Assembly (NCBI GenBank): GCA_905178155.1
Contig: CAJINV010000001.1
Span: 9,755,865-9,819,864, forward strand
Source of the DNA: Amoebophrya sp. A120
Taxonomy: Eukaryota; Protista; Dinoflagellata
Length of the DNA: 64,000 bases
Direction: 5' to 3'
Of this stretch, positions 35,601-46,996 are shown piece by piece (position 1 is the stretch's first letter; each line of letters opens with the position of its first letter). Made by a program: the position numbers and the translations under genes. The notes beneath the pieces are model-generated. The model did no database searches and was not told the origin of the DNA. It saw nothing but the letters and a program-made list of their open reading frames with translations.

Positions 35601-36131
35601 ACAAGTGCAGCACCGGCCCGACGCTCTGCCACGCGCACTCGATCTCCGAGAAGTATCCGGAAAGCGAAAAACTCGCGCTTCCCTGCAGTTTCAGTTGGAA
35701 GGTAGAGGGCAAAACATTTTTTCGGACACACACACTAAACTAGAATTCCAAGAACTCGCACATTTTTGTACACGTACACAGCCCTAGGGCACCTTTCGCT
35801 TTCGGTCAGGTAGAACAACGCGAACGCCTGGTCGCAAATCAAAAACTTAAAAAAAAGTTCATGTTCTTACCGAGCTGCGGCTTCCCCAAGAGGTCGGTGG
35901 TGCGGCGAACCCGCGTGAGTCGTAGGTGCCTTCATGTTTCTCGTACCTTTGCATGCCTGGGGCAAACACATCCTCGACAGTGAGTGGCGTCGTCTCGTCC
36001 CGCAGCAACGCATCCTCGATGCATTTGCTCGATATCTGCAGTACTTCCTGCGGTTGCACACTGTGCTGCGGCGCGGTATTGGGCTGCATCGGGAGACCCG
36101 AGGGCAGTGGCCCTCCAAGAGGCGGCATCAT
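29651..36131 (-). CDS. NUP155: Nucleoporin Nup155/Nup170-like (about 2000+ aa, multi-exon)
   Basis: N-terminal GYFSEIECAW.SVG..LHLW, VLVLTTVSEV and RRIFMGGQDGGIYEFRY...GFF; middle GLILYISRLVRPFW; C-terminal LESPYLEPFL and YSLDDRIGFLRIA. GT-AG intron 31091-30973 and short introns near 35690-35870. Confidence 0.85.
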
Positions 36132-37106
36132 GGTTTCGGGAACTTGGGGGAGCACAGTTGTGTTCGCATGAAAGACGTATGGAACGTAACTTCAAAAGTC
36201 AGACACACGGGAACTAAATCACGTGCAATAGGTGGATCCTCTAGTTTTCACTTTGGCGAAAGAACGAAAAAAGAGGTGGGCAGACAGATTTCTAAAGGCC
36301 GAGCATCCTGTAAAAAGAAGTCAAGACAAGGCAAGTGGAAGTCAGAGCGGAAAATGAGGAAAATAGATCAGCAACATGAACAGGATTATCGTGCCGGATC
36401 CAGATCATAAGGCCTGCGGGAACAGCATCTCCTAAATCATTGAGATTGATAACAGTTGCTTCATCTCGAGGCTCCGTTTCGCAACAGCGTTTTTTCTTGT
36501 CACAGGGGTGAAACCAAACAAGAGTATAAAATCTCCCGGAGAAGTAGAAGATGGAGAATCTTTGAAGTTCAATCATACAAGCAGCTGCTTTAGCTCAAGA
36601 AAGTTGGTTCTGGCTTACCGCACGGAACGCTAGCAAGAATGGGCGACAACTATTGGGTGCTTGTTGATACATCAGGTGAAACTTCTGTCGGATCAATTCT
36701 GTGCTGCAGTTTTTCTTGCCGTACTACAACATCGGTCTTATTCTTCGAATCTATCGCTATAAACTATTCTAGCAGAAACAAATGAAGATAGAGAAATTTG
36801 AGTTCTTTGGTGAGTTTTCTGAGTTCAATTGACGTAGGTGCCGAGCTGTATTAGCATCGGTCCTGCACGTTAGACTAGTTAAGAACGTAAATTTTGTAAA
36901 TCGTACAGCTGATGCTGCATACTGTCGGCCGACATTCTACATTCATAAGTTTCGGCGCAGCATGTAGCACCATGATTAGGCGAGTCCGCATGTGCTGCTC
37001 TACTGCTGCGTTTTTGCAGTGGAGACAAACTCTTATCATAAGCTCTAGTATTTATAGTGATCGTACAGGAAAAGAACTGGAACGTCTCGCCCTTCATCAG
37101 TGAAAC

Positions 37107-40100
37107 TTATTTTGTGATGACCGTCGTCGCACTCCCTCCTTCCGTAGCAGAAGCTGCTGCTGGTGCTGCCGCGACTGCATTGTTTTTTGTTTTCGCCAAC
37201 TCGGCGGATGAGCTGCTGCTTGCCGCGGCTGCTTCGGTTCCCTTCGTAGAGTAGACGAGATTCAGAACATTCGGGGAATCCAACTCCGGCGCGTCCTCGA
37301 GCTTCGGACGTTCGTTCACAGGGGCTAGGCAAACACGGGCCTCCCCCGGCCCGCTGCCGCGGTCGTACGTCACAAGAAAGTGCCGCATGAAAATCTCCCC
37401 AATGATGAACAGGTTCGGTCCGTATCTGGTAGTCGTGTGAGAAAAATATTGTTCTGCACGGTGGAGATTGTAAAAAACAAACGAAAAGCGATCGCTTAAA
37501 GGCATCAGCCTACAGACGTTTTGCAAAAAAAAACGAAATACGGCGAGGGCACGTCAATCGACATCAGTCCAGGCTTGCACGCGGTCCCCGCAACGCCCCC
37601 GCCGACGAACCACTGGTCCGGGGTCTGGATGACTCGGAAATAGTTTTCCTCGGCCGAAACGCCATCCGGTTGGTATGGCTTGCCCCCCTTGTTCGGTAGC
37701 GTGCGCTCGTGGAACACCGCGAAGTCGATCACAAGCCAGGGAAGTTCGCTGTTAATCCACATGGATATTACGAGTTTTTATGTTTGGTGGTTGGAATTCA
37801 TTGTAGGCAAAAAAAGCGAAACTCTCGAAAGTTCCAAATAAATTTCAGTGAAAGCTTTACTCCGTTCACTTACCCGTCCGGGTTGCTGCCCACGTAGTGC
37901 TTTTTCACCAAGCTGCAGTCCACGTTTGCGAAGCCCTTCTCCTGCAGTTTCTGCATGAAGTAGTTGTTCAAGTAGGTCGGCACCGCGTTCCACGTAGTGC
38001 CAGTATCCCAAATTGCAGACAACGGCTTACCAACCGCTTCTTCAGATTCGAGGCCCATCGCAGAATTGTCAATCCACTCCGGCTCAGCATCCTTCCCCCA
38101 CATAATACCGATGCGGTGAATCCCTTATTTTTCGATCAATTCTGAACTTTTTCTTTTTCACATTGTTGCAGGTTGATGCTGCTGTACATGCACACAAAAT
38201 CTGATACGGGTTCTCGAGCATCATCAAAACCGAAATCACAGTATCCCTCATACCAGTTTGCCAATAGTGCTCGTGCACGACGTCCAAGCACTGTGGCGTT
38301 CCGTGGTAAAGCGCCGGGTTTGCCCCGCCGAAATACGCGCCACTGCGAATCTTCGGGTTCCTTGTGAAGTAGAAGGACATCTGATTGTGGCCGCTAAACA
38401 CATTCTCCCGCATGGCTTGCGTCATCACGCCGACCATTCCCTGTGCGGCCATGGACTCGAACGCCAGGCCCATGATGCCCCCGTACCGCAGCGTGTCGAA
38501 AACCCCACCTCTTTCCTCCTCGATCATCGCGAACGGCTGGCGCTGGATCTGGTGCCGCGCGACTAAAACCGAGTCAATCGCCTGGGGACCCGACAGCGTC
38601 CCGGACCCGAACATGATCTCCAGCCGTGCGTGGTTGTCAAAGTAGTGGGCGTTCGACCCGGATTTTTCGATGCTGTACATCGGCTCATCGGCGGTCTTGC
38701 AGGTGGTCGACTGACAGAGCTCCGACAACACCCACAAGTTCGTACTCCCCGTGTCAAAGATCACGCTCGCGGGCTGCTTGTTCGCGCCGACGAAGATCGT
38801 CCCCAAGTGTTGGCTGGTGTGGTCGCGGAGGTCGGACAACGGGACGACCTTCTCGTTCTCGGGGATGACCACCTGATTTAACCGCTTCATCTCCGACTTC
38901 TGCTCGTCCGAAAGTGTGTCCCAATCCACCAGAGGTTTCTGGTTCTCCTGGTCGACGGGCGGCGCGATCGTGGAGGTGGAAGTTTCCGTCACATCGTCGC
39001 CGAAAAGTTGGTGGAAGGGCGACTTCACCCCGACAGATTTCAGCTGGTTGGGAACCAGCTGGTCTGATTTTTTCTCGTCCGGCGTTTGCGTACCAATGAG
39101 CTGCGGACCGTTGGAGATCGTCGGATTGATGATGCCGTTGATCATATTGGGCACGCCCTTCACAGCGGCGCCCAGCAAAGCCGGGATGTTGCCTAACATG
39201 GTCCTCGTCGTTTCTGTCTGCTCTCTTTCCTTCTCTTGCAAAAGCGCCGAACTCTTGCTACTGCCGCGGAGGTTGCCGTTCCGCTTCTTCCCCTCGTCGA
39301 CTTGAATTGCGGAGGAGGCGGGTGTGGACTTGTTTTCATCCTGCTCCTTGTTTTCTGATGCTGGCGCGGCGTCGCTCTTTTTTTCCGTCTGCTCCCCTTC
39401 AACAGCAGTGGCAGCCGTGGTTTCGATTGCGCTACTCGCGGGTATCTGGCTGGTGCTGGCGTCCTCTAATGACTTCTTTTCTTGTTCGACTGGAGTCTTA
39501 TTTTCCTCCGCGGCCACACTGCCGTTTTCTGATGTCTTTGGCTTCTCATCTGCTACTTCGGAAGATTTAGGTATCGTTGTTTCGAGCATGCTTCTCGCCG
39601 CGGGGTCCTGCTCAGCGTACGTGACGGTCGATTCCAACTCGATATGGCTCTCGCCACGAAGCTCATCGTCTTTCTTCTCTGATTCTGTTTTCTCTACCTT
39701 CTCCTCTTCAGCAACAGAGGTAGCAGCAGCACCTGTCAAAGAGGTCGTTTCTTGCTGCTGCGCTGCTCTTGTTTCCGCAATCTTGTTGGGGGTTGCGGTT
39801 TCGAGGAACGTTTGTGCCGCTACGCCTACTTCCATCGGATACTCTTGCGAAGTTGATGCCCCATCGGAGTACCCTACGAGCGTCGAGGCGCCCAAATTTT
39901 CCGGGGCGACGTCAAAATCCAGATCGTCTTCCGATATCTCAGATGACTGCTCTGGACTTCCGCTGCTAGATGCAGTCGTAGAGAGATTTTCAGTAGTTTT
40001 TTCCGCGTTGCTCGGTTTCTCCTCTGTCACCTCGAGAAACGAAGTCTTGTCGTCTTGCTCCTGCGCTTTCTGCGGTGGGCTGGCGTCTGTGATGACTGTC

Positions 40101-41012
40101 TCACCTGTTTTGGTGGCGGTAGTGGTTTTCTCGTCGTCGTTTTTCCTCGCTGTTTCAGTCTCCTTTTTGTTGGTCGTGGATGCAGCAACTACTGTCGCAG
40201 ATTTTTCCGACGAACTTTTGTCCAGCTTGGGGGCCTCACCACCGCCTTTCTTGGAAAACTCGATGAGCGACGCGGACTCGTGCGCCGGAGGACCGTTTTT
40301 CAGCAAATCATCGTGGTGGTCGGAAAGTCTGTTTCGTGTTAGTGTTTTTCAAAATGAACATCGCCACTATTGAGATGGCCTTTCCATGACAAAGTGGAAA
40401 TTCAAACAGTAAAAAGCCATCGGCAATTCACACCAATGAATACCTGTCCCAGTGCTTCACGTTGTGCAGATACTCGTGCTCTCTCTCTTCGTGCATTGTG
40501 TCGGAAGTTTGCAGCCACGCGCTTGTTGGCTGGTCATGCACGGTTTCGAAGGGCAGGAAATGAATCTTGTCAAAGTCGGTAACCTGCTCTTCCAACAACC
40601 GGTAGGACTCCGTCCCCTGGCCAGACAGCGTTAGCTTTTTTCCAAGATATCGCTCGCGCGGCGTCTGCAGTGCTTGCTGGAGCTGTGTTTCTTCTGCGAG
40701 GACGAAAGTGTTACTCTTTGTACCTTCGAACAAGACAGAGGAAAGAACTTTTGCGACAGTGACGCGCTTTGCAGTTCCGGCGAACAAGCGCGGCCTGGTC
40801 GAGTTTCTGCATCCCGCAGCTCTTTTGCGACCTTGCTGATGTCGCCGAGTCGTGCGGCGATTATGCACAACTTTTTCTTCCTTCTTCATGGCGAATTTCG
40901 CAGAAACATCTTGCTCCGCGCATCCTCGAGAGCACTCACGCGACCCGCGTGACGGGGAGTTCCCCGTGAGAACATGAGCAATTGGGACATTCATGATTTT
41001 GGCTGTTGACAT
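37107..41012 (-). CDS. Pepsin-family (A1) aspartic protease, ASP3/plasmepsin IX-X-like, with a long acidic pro-region (about 1139 aa, 5 exons)
   Basis: Catalytic motifs VIFDTGSTNLWV and AIWDTGTT; flap IMFGSG; GIMGLAF, YWQ and IIGEIFMRHFLVTYDR. Exons 41012-40444, 40328-38254, 38123-37874, 37748-37542 and 37425-37107 join in frame (3420 nt). Start codon uncertain. Confidence 0.85.
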
Positions 41013-41659
41013 CAACTATGACATGACAACATTTGAACAAGGAACTTGTTATCGGAGCAGGACAAGAAGAAGAGCAACTAGAAGCCAATGAATCATGTCA
41101 ATGACCAGTTCGACAAAGCGATGATGACGAAGACGATCGAATCGATGCATGCAACCTGCCTCCAAAAAAAAAAAAAGTCAAAGTCACACTCAAGATCGTC
41201 GAGCGATGGGCGAGCCCTCGGTTTCAGAATCTCTCATCTCAACTTCAACATACCCTCAGTTGTAAGTACTATGGCTGGCAGAGATTCCACTTCAGAACGT
41301 CACAAAGACTCTCCTTGATTACGAAACGCCGCGCTTCTCAAGTGCATCCTTTGTCGACGATGACAGAACGAGTTAAAAGATGTGCCTTTACATTGCAAGA
41401 GATGGAACAACTCTACTCCCACAGGGTATCTCGAAGAGCCCCTTCGCTGACGAAGGCGCTACCAACACACCTCGGACGACAGAGACACCGCTCAGAGCCA
41501 ACACAGCGCACAGGGGAAAAGGGCAACGAGACTGCTGGAATTGTATCCCTCGCACCCTCCCTTGCAGTCTCCTCCACCATGGGCACGGGCTACGCTTCTG
41601 CAAGAACTGAACCAGTGGCCCCGGCCAGGGGCAAATAGCACAAAAACCAGGCGCGTGCG

Positions 41660-43140
41660 CGCCCAACGAGGAGCACGCCTGCCTCAGAACATGCGGCAAA
41701 AGGCCACACACCGGCCGCCCCCGCTCTCCATTCCCATCTTCGGAGAATGCGGCGCAGCGCCATTGTGATCGGCCGCCCAGAAGCCTCACAGGAGTACGCG
41801 GGGGGGGGGCTGCTGCTGAACATCTCCCCGCTGCAGTCGCGGCGGCGGCGCAGGTCGGGCACCCTGGAGCACCGCCGAAGAAACCACCGCCGCCAAACGC
41901 TAGCACCACCACCACGACGCGAGATTCATTAGAGCGATCGGGGGACCGCGGGCAGCTAGCAGAGGCAGAGCGCGAGGAGAGGGAGGCCGCGGGGGCGCAG
42001 CAGGCTAGCAGCCCGCGCGTGCTCTGCTTGAGATCTTTGCGCGGCGCTTGGCTTGCTTCTCAAGTACAAAGCGCCGGCGCTTTCTGGTTGCTGGCGGGAA
42101 GGAACCCCGGCAAATGACCCCAAACGGCGGCGCGCGGGCTCACTATTTCGCTATACAACGAGGCTACTATGTATGCTCATAAAACATAGGCTGGGCCCAC
42201 ATGGTCAGGCCTGGGGGTCTTCAGTCCTTATCGGACCACAGGCCCCTGAGCGCTCCCTTTGGTTTAAGTTTCGCGCCCTTTCTTTGCGGTGGCGGATGTA
42301 CTCGCGGGCGGCTAGCGTGGCGGAATCCCGTGGCCCCCAGTCAGAAGAGGCGGCCGGCATCCCGCGGCGAGCGCCGAAAAGTTCGCCGATGCCAGTCGCG
42401 GCACAAAACACGCGGCCGGCGCCATCGGCCGCGTTCCGGTGCATCATAGGCATTTCATCGAAGGCGATAGCGGCGCCGGCCCGGGGCAATGCGAGGGGGT
42501 CTGCCTCCCTGCCGTCTCCGGGTGCGGCATGTCTCCAAACTTGCGCCGTGGCAGCAATTTCCTCCCTACGTTGTACGATGGACACACATTCAGTACAGCC
42601 AAATCGTGGCCATGCCACTAGCATCCCAAACAATGCAGAGTTTTTTTTTACGATCTAACTCCCAGACCAAAAAACCCTCTAACTCCCATACCTTGAAGTC
42701 ACTAAGTCTTATGTTGCCCGTAGCGTCGCTTCGTGATAGAGGCTGGCCTGCGTTGTGGGGACGGGCAAGCGAAAAAGGCGGCGGCACGTCAACGCCCCGA
42801 GCAACGCGCGCGCTGCGGTCACCGCTTTCGCGCAGGCAAAGCCAATACACCAGGCCGGGCGCTGTTGCTTTTCTCGCGCGCCCCCCTCAATACGGGGCCC
42901 GCCCGCGTCGTCGCCCGCGGTTGGCGGCGCCCGCGCTGCCGCGCCGCCCGGTGTCCGAGGCCGAACAGAGAGAGGGGGGGGCGCGCCAGGTGCCTGCCGG
43001 GGCGGCTCCGCGGCAAACATCACGCCAAGCAGGCAGGCGCGCACTTGCGCCGGGCCCTCGGGGCGCCCGTCGTCTCCGCCCGAGCCTTCCGCCGCCCCCG
43101 CTTGCGCGCCAGGGCCTCCACATACGGGGCCGGGTTCTGT
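41660..43140 (-). mobile_element. Degenerate Helitron (Rep-Pif1 helicase) fossil
   Basis: Frameshifted remnants in the expected order: YVEAL..RG..GDD and PAQVRACLLGVMFAAEP (inter-domain region); IAFDEMPMMHRNAADGAGRVF..TGIGELFG (Walker B region, cf. IIWDEAPMxHRxxxEAVDR...PFGGK); PVRL...ALRRILRR...RPVCG (cf. FPVRLAFAMTINKSQGQTL..VG...PVF.HGQLYVALSR). Confidence 0.65.
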
Positions 43141-43477
43141 CGAATGAAAGTCGTCGCGGATCCGCAATGCTGCCTGCCGTGCCTCGTCCGCCGATCCAAG
43201 CAACTTGAACAAACAATAACAAACGGCAAGCGCTATGGCACTGGTGCACTGCGATGGTTCGTTTTCGTGTTAGTGACAGAAACGCATAGCTGCTTCTCAC
43301 ATCACGCATTCTTCATGATTATTTTTCTACTTACTTTGTTTTACGTGTGGTTTCGTTTTTCTTTTTTCAGCTTCAGGAGCGGTGCAGCGTTTCGGAAAAC
43401 ACAAAAAACTACGAGCGAGAGCAGGATTGCTTCACTTTGGCCAGCCTTCGTCAACATCTCTCGTTCGGGGTCTTCTT

Positions 43478-44512
43478 CTAGCTATCCCAACCAGATTCCC
43501 ACATGCGCTCGCTCTTCGCGTAGGTCAAACCAGCAAAGGCATGATGATGGCCGTCACTGGTAGGCTCATCTCCTTCCACATCTTTGAGTGCATTTAGCAG
43601 CTCCCGCACCGTGAACAGGCCATATCCGTTCTCATCGATCGTGCACTGTCGCGGTTTGAATTCGTGAACGGCCCTCCCTCCGCGGTACCGAAACACTTTG
43701 GCTCGTAACGCAGGTTGATCCAAGCGAATGCACATAGTTATATCTTCCGTAGTGTCCTCGCACACATGGTCTTTCTTTTTGCCGAAAGTCATGTCTTTGA
43801 CGGCCTGGGCCTCAGCCTCTGCCTCGCTAGAAAGCGGCTCCGAATCCGACGCTTCTCCATCAGCTTCACTGGAGGACCATGATCGCTCTAGTTTGTCGAA
43901 GAATCCAGCGCTCAGGAGTTTTGCGAGAGTCGGGCCATCTCTGCCCGTGGCAACGCTCCACTCTTTGATGGCATCCGAAAAAGCCGCTTCTTCATCGCAG
44001 TCGTCAAAGCAGTAACCAAGATCCATGTGCATGCCAAATTTCCCTACCTCCGAATCCATTTCCCCGTGCCGTTCCAATCTGTTCCCGAACTCGTCGTGAG
44101 AAGGGTCTTCAACCTTTCGTCGCTTCGCGTTGACCCGCCGTTTCCTTTCAACCTTCTCGTGGGGATAGTCTTTTTGGTCCTTGTGCTGACAGAGACAGTG
44201 TCCTCGCGCGCGACTAGTGCACACACCGCGATCAATTTCAAAATGGCACACAAATAACGGCCAGTCCTCGGAGAACGCAGAGTCCTCTGACCAGTCCTCA
44301 GGGAAGTCCTCTGCGTCTTGATGCGCATCGTAGACATCCCAAGCACCCATTCCGACACAGTACGGGTTCATGAAGAAAAAGTCCCTGAGCAGGTCCGCCT
44401 TATCTTGAAGCTCATGCTCATCAACCACTGGCAACTTCGGCAAATTGCGTTTCTTCTCGATCTCGTGCCACTTGACAAGCAAGTCGCCATCGCTCATTTT
44501 GGTTGTATCCAT
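43478..44512 (-). CDS. Hypothetical protein, intronless, about 344 aa, with a KRKR/KRRK NLS-like motif
   Basis: Long ORF with coding-like composition from ATG 44512 (MDTTKMSDG...); ends FTVRELLNAL...HHHAFAGL...WDS. Confidence 0.65.
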   Translation of the reverse strand: MDTTKMSDGDLLVKWHEIEKKRNLPKLPVVDEHELQDKADLLRDFFFMNPYCVGMGAWDVYDAHQDAEDFPEDWSEDSAFSEDWPLFVCHFEIDRGVCTSRARGHCLCQHKDQKDYPHEKVERKRRVNAKRRKVEDPSHDEFGNRLERHGEMDSEVGKFGMHMDLGYCFDDCDEEAAFSDAIKEWSVATGRDGPTLAKLLSAGFFDKLERSWSSSEADGEASDSEPLSSEAEAEAQAVKDMTFGKKKDHVCEDTTEDITMCIRLDQPALRAKVFRYRGGRAVHEFKPRQCTIDENGYGLFTVRELLNALKDVEGDEPTSDGHHHAFAGLTYAKSERMWESGWDS

Positions 44513-45131
44513 GATGTCTAGCGGTGTGACAGTGAATGTGAACAGAAGCGCGATAAATCGACAAGATCGTCTCTGACACTGGATCAAAAAGCAATGAAAA
44601 CAAAACCTGGGGTCTACGGGCGCAAACGTACTGCGAAGTTTTCGGCAAAAGAAACTATTTCTAGAATCGACGCTCGCGTGTTTGATTGAATCGATGCGCG
44701 ACTGACTATTCGCGAGATCGCCGCCCGCGTGTTTTGAATCCGCTTTGCTCAGCATTTTCTGTTTCGGTCGCAACTGAAACACGGAATAGAAGTCCCCCGT
44801 CGAGCAACATTCGTGATCTTGAGCTTGATGACAAGCACAACAAGGCATGACACTGTTTAGAGAACTACAACAACGTCAAACTTTCACGAAGTGTGGGCAG
44901 CATCCACTCGTATCTTTTTAGCCTTTGAAGCGCTTCATATCAGCAGGAGTATCGCAACAGTGGTTTCGCATGTTCTGGCCGTTAAGCAAAAAAGCTTTTC
45001 AAAGAACTGTGTGGTGGTTACATCGTTCCGTTTTCGTTTCATTCTCAATTTGAAAAAATATCCGATGCACTGAATGAAAGTTACGTGCTAGAAGATGCAG
45101 GCGGATGAAAATGAACAAAAAACTACAACCG

Positions 45132-45692
45132 CTACTGAACATTCCCCGATGATTGCGAGTCCGAGCTGGCCCCGCTTGACCACGAGGTGCTCTGGAGGTT
45201 ATCGTCCCCTTGTTCCCGCCCGAGCAACTTCGGATCCCAATTTGCGCTGTTCTCGTCGGGCTGCTGGCGAATCAGCTCCTCCTCCAAGATGAACCGGCCC
45301 TCCTTGTACTGTTATGACAGAGACAAAGGAAGGAATCAATTTCGCACCAGACTCTCGATTGGGTGCCAAAAAAATCAAAATCATCATCACCATGTTTATC
45401 TTACGCTTTTTACCTTCTGACTCTCCGAGTACGCCTTGATGTAGGTCCATCCGAGGTTCTCGCAGCATTTTACGCAGTGTATGGTGCGGATCACGTGCAA
45501 GCCCGTGGTCATTTGCGTTTCCTCCGGCTCGCCACTAAAAACGTTGATCACGTTGTCGAACAAACACGCGGTGCCGGTGCGCCCGCGGAAGTGCGTGCTC
45601 AGTAGGTCCTGCTTCAGCGCCAAGGGTGTTTCGCAGGAAGAGCAGCTGTACACGCCGGCGCCGTGCAGCCGGCGAATGTACAAGAGGCCCAT
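45132..45692 (-). CDS. YPEL: Yippee-like (YPEL) zinc-binding protein, 151 aa, 2 exons
   Basis: MGLLY...YSCSSC...FRGRTGTACLFDNVINV...MTTGLHVIRTIHCVKC..NLGWTYIKAYSESQK|YKEGRFILE; GT-AG intron 45413-45309. Confidence 0.93.
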
Positions 45693-46970
45693 GCTGTGGA
45701 CCACCTCTCGGAGGTGTGCTGTTTGCACTTGTTTTCTTGTACCTTTTATGGTAGAAAACGGACTTATGTCCGGAAGATCAAGGTGTTGCCGCAATACAGC
45801 TCTTGATGAACTCCGTTCTTTATCGCGTTAACATGCATACAATAGAATTCAGACCTCTCAATCACTCAAAAAGAACTCTGTGCCGGCAACATCAAAGCTT
45901 GCGCGCGGGACGAAAAGAACCAACCCAACGCACAACAGGGACACAACGCGTGCCTAACAAACAACGTTGATCTGGATAGTAGACACATATTTCGTCCGCC
46001 CGACTATTTCAAGCTCGACGAGTGCACACACTTATTTTTTTCAACTTCGGATTTCCATGGACTAGACACAACAAAGGCGTCAAGGCGTTCATGCAAATTG
46101 ATAGATATGGAAGCCAAAAGCCGGATACCTTTCGCCACAGCAGGACGTCTCTTTCGGCCGCTTCTGTTTCGTGGTCTCGCAGTCTTTCTCGCTATGCCGG
46201 TCGTGCTCCCCAACGTCTTTCCCCAAGAGAGCTACGTAAACACTCGCAGCAAAGAAATTTTTCGGCTATGTGCGGATGATCTTTCTTTTCTCGTCCCGGG
46301 CCCCCGTCAATCGATGGCATCGGCCTTCGAGCGCCGACTTGGGGACGAAACCACAAACTCCGAAAACAAAAGCGTCTGTCGCGCTCTCTGCAAGGGATGC
46401 ATGTTTTTTTGGAACTAGAAAGAAAGTTGTTGTAGTAGAACGAATGCTGTATCAGAAGATAGGACGTGTGTGCTTTTTCGAATACTAACGCTCGGCGAAG
46501 AGGCGTCTTCGTATCGAGTGAAACGTATCCGCCCTAGCAGCTTTCGAAAATACGCTAAGCCAATCTTCTGGCAACTTTATCTCCGCTGCTACGCATCTCT
46601 TTTTGTACATCGGTACTTCTTTGAGAAAGTAGCCCAGACCCTGACATCGTCGATCATGTAGACCGTTGATGCAAAAGTGTTGTGAGAATCAATGCGATCC
46701 AAAAGGGTAAAAGCTTTGGATCTTGATCGCTATAGTGGCAGCCAACTCTCTAGGAAACTTGATCATGCCGGGGCGCTTGCGCCTGATCTTTGGAGAGGAG
46801 CCTCTTCAGCGAATCCGATCAGTCTGCACTATGGTCGGCAGAGGCAGAACATCCTCAGTCGAAGCCCCGACTTCGATCGAGTGCGACATATGCAGTTCAT
46901 GAGTTCCCACGGCAACGTTGCAGTGCGCTAGTATGCTTGCCGCAAACTTGACCTGTTCAAACTCCTAGAT

Positions 46971-46995
46971 GGTAGGTAGCTAGGTAGGTAGGTAG
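46971..46995. repeat. Short (TAGG)n microsatellite immediately 3' of the FHA gene stop
   Basis: ggtaggtagctaggtaggtaggtag. Confidence 0.7.
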
Positions 46996-46996
46996 A

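Noticed and set aside
41590-41640. Helitron 3' terminal hairpin plus CTRR
   Set aside because: Only a weak tggcc/ggcca stem with atypical spacing is present, so the terminus cannot be defined.
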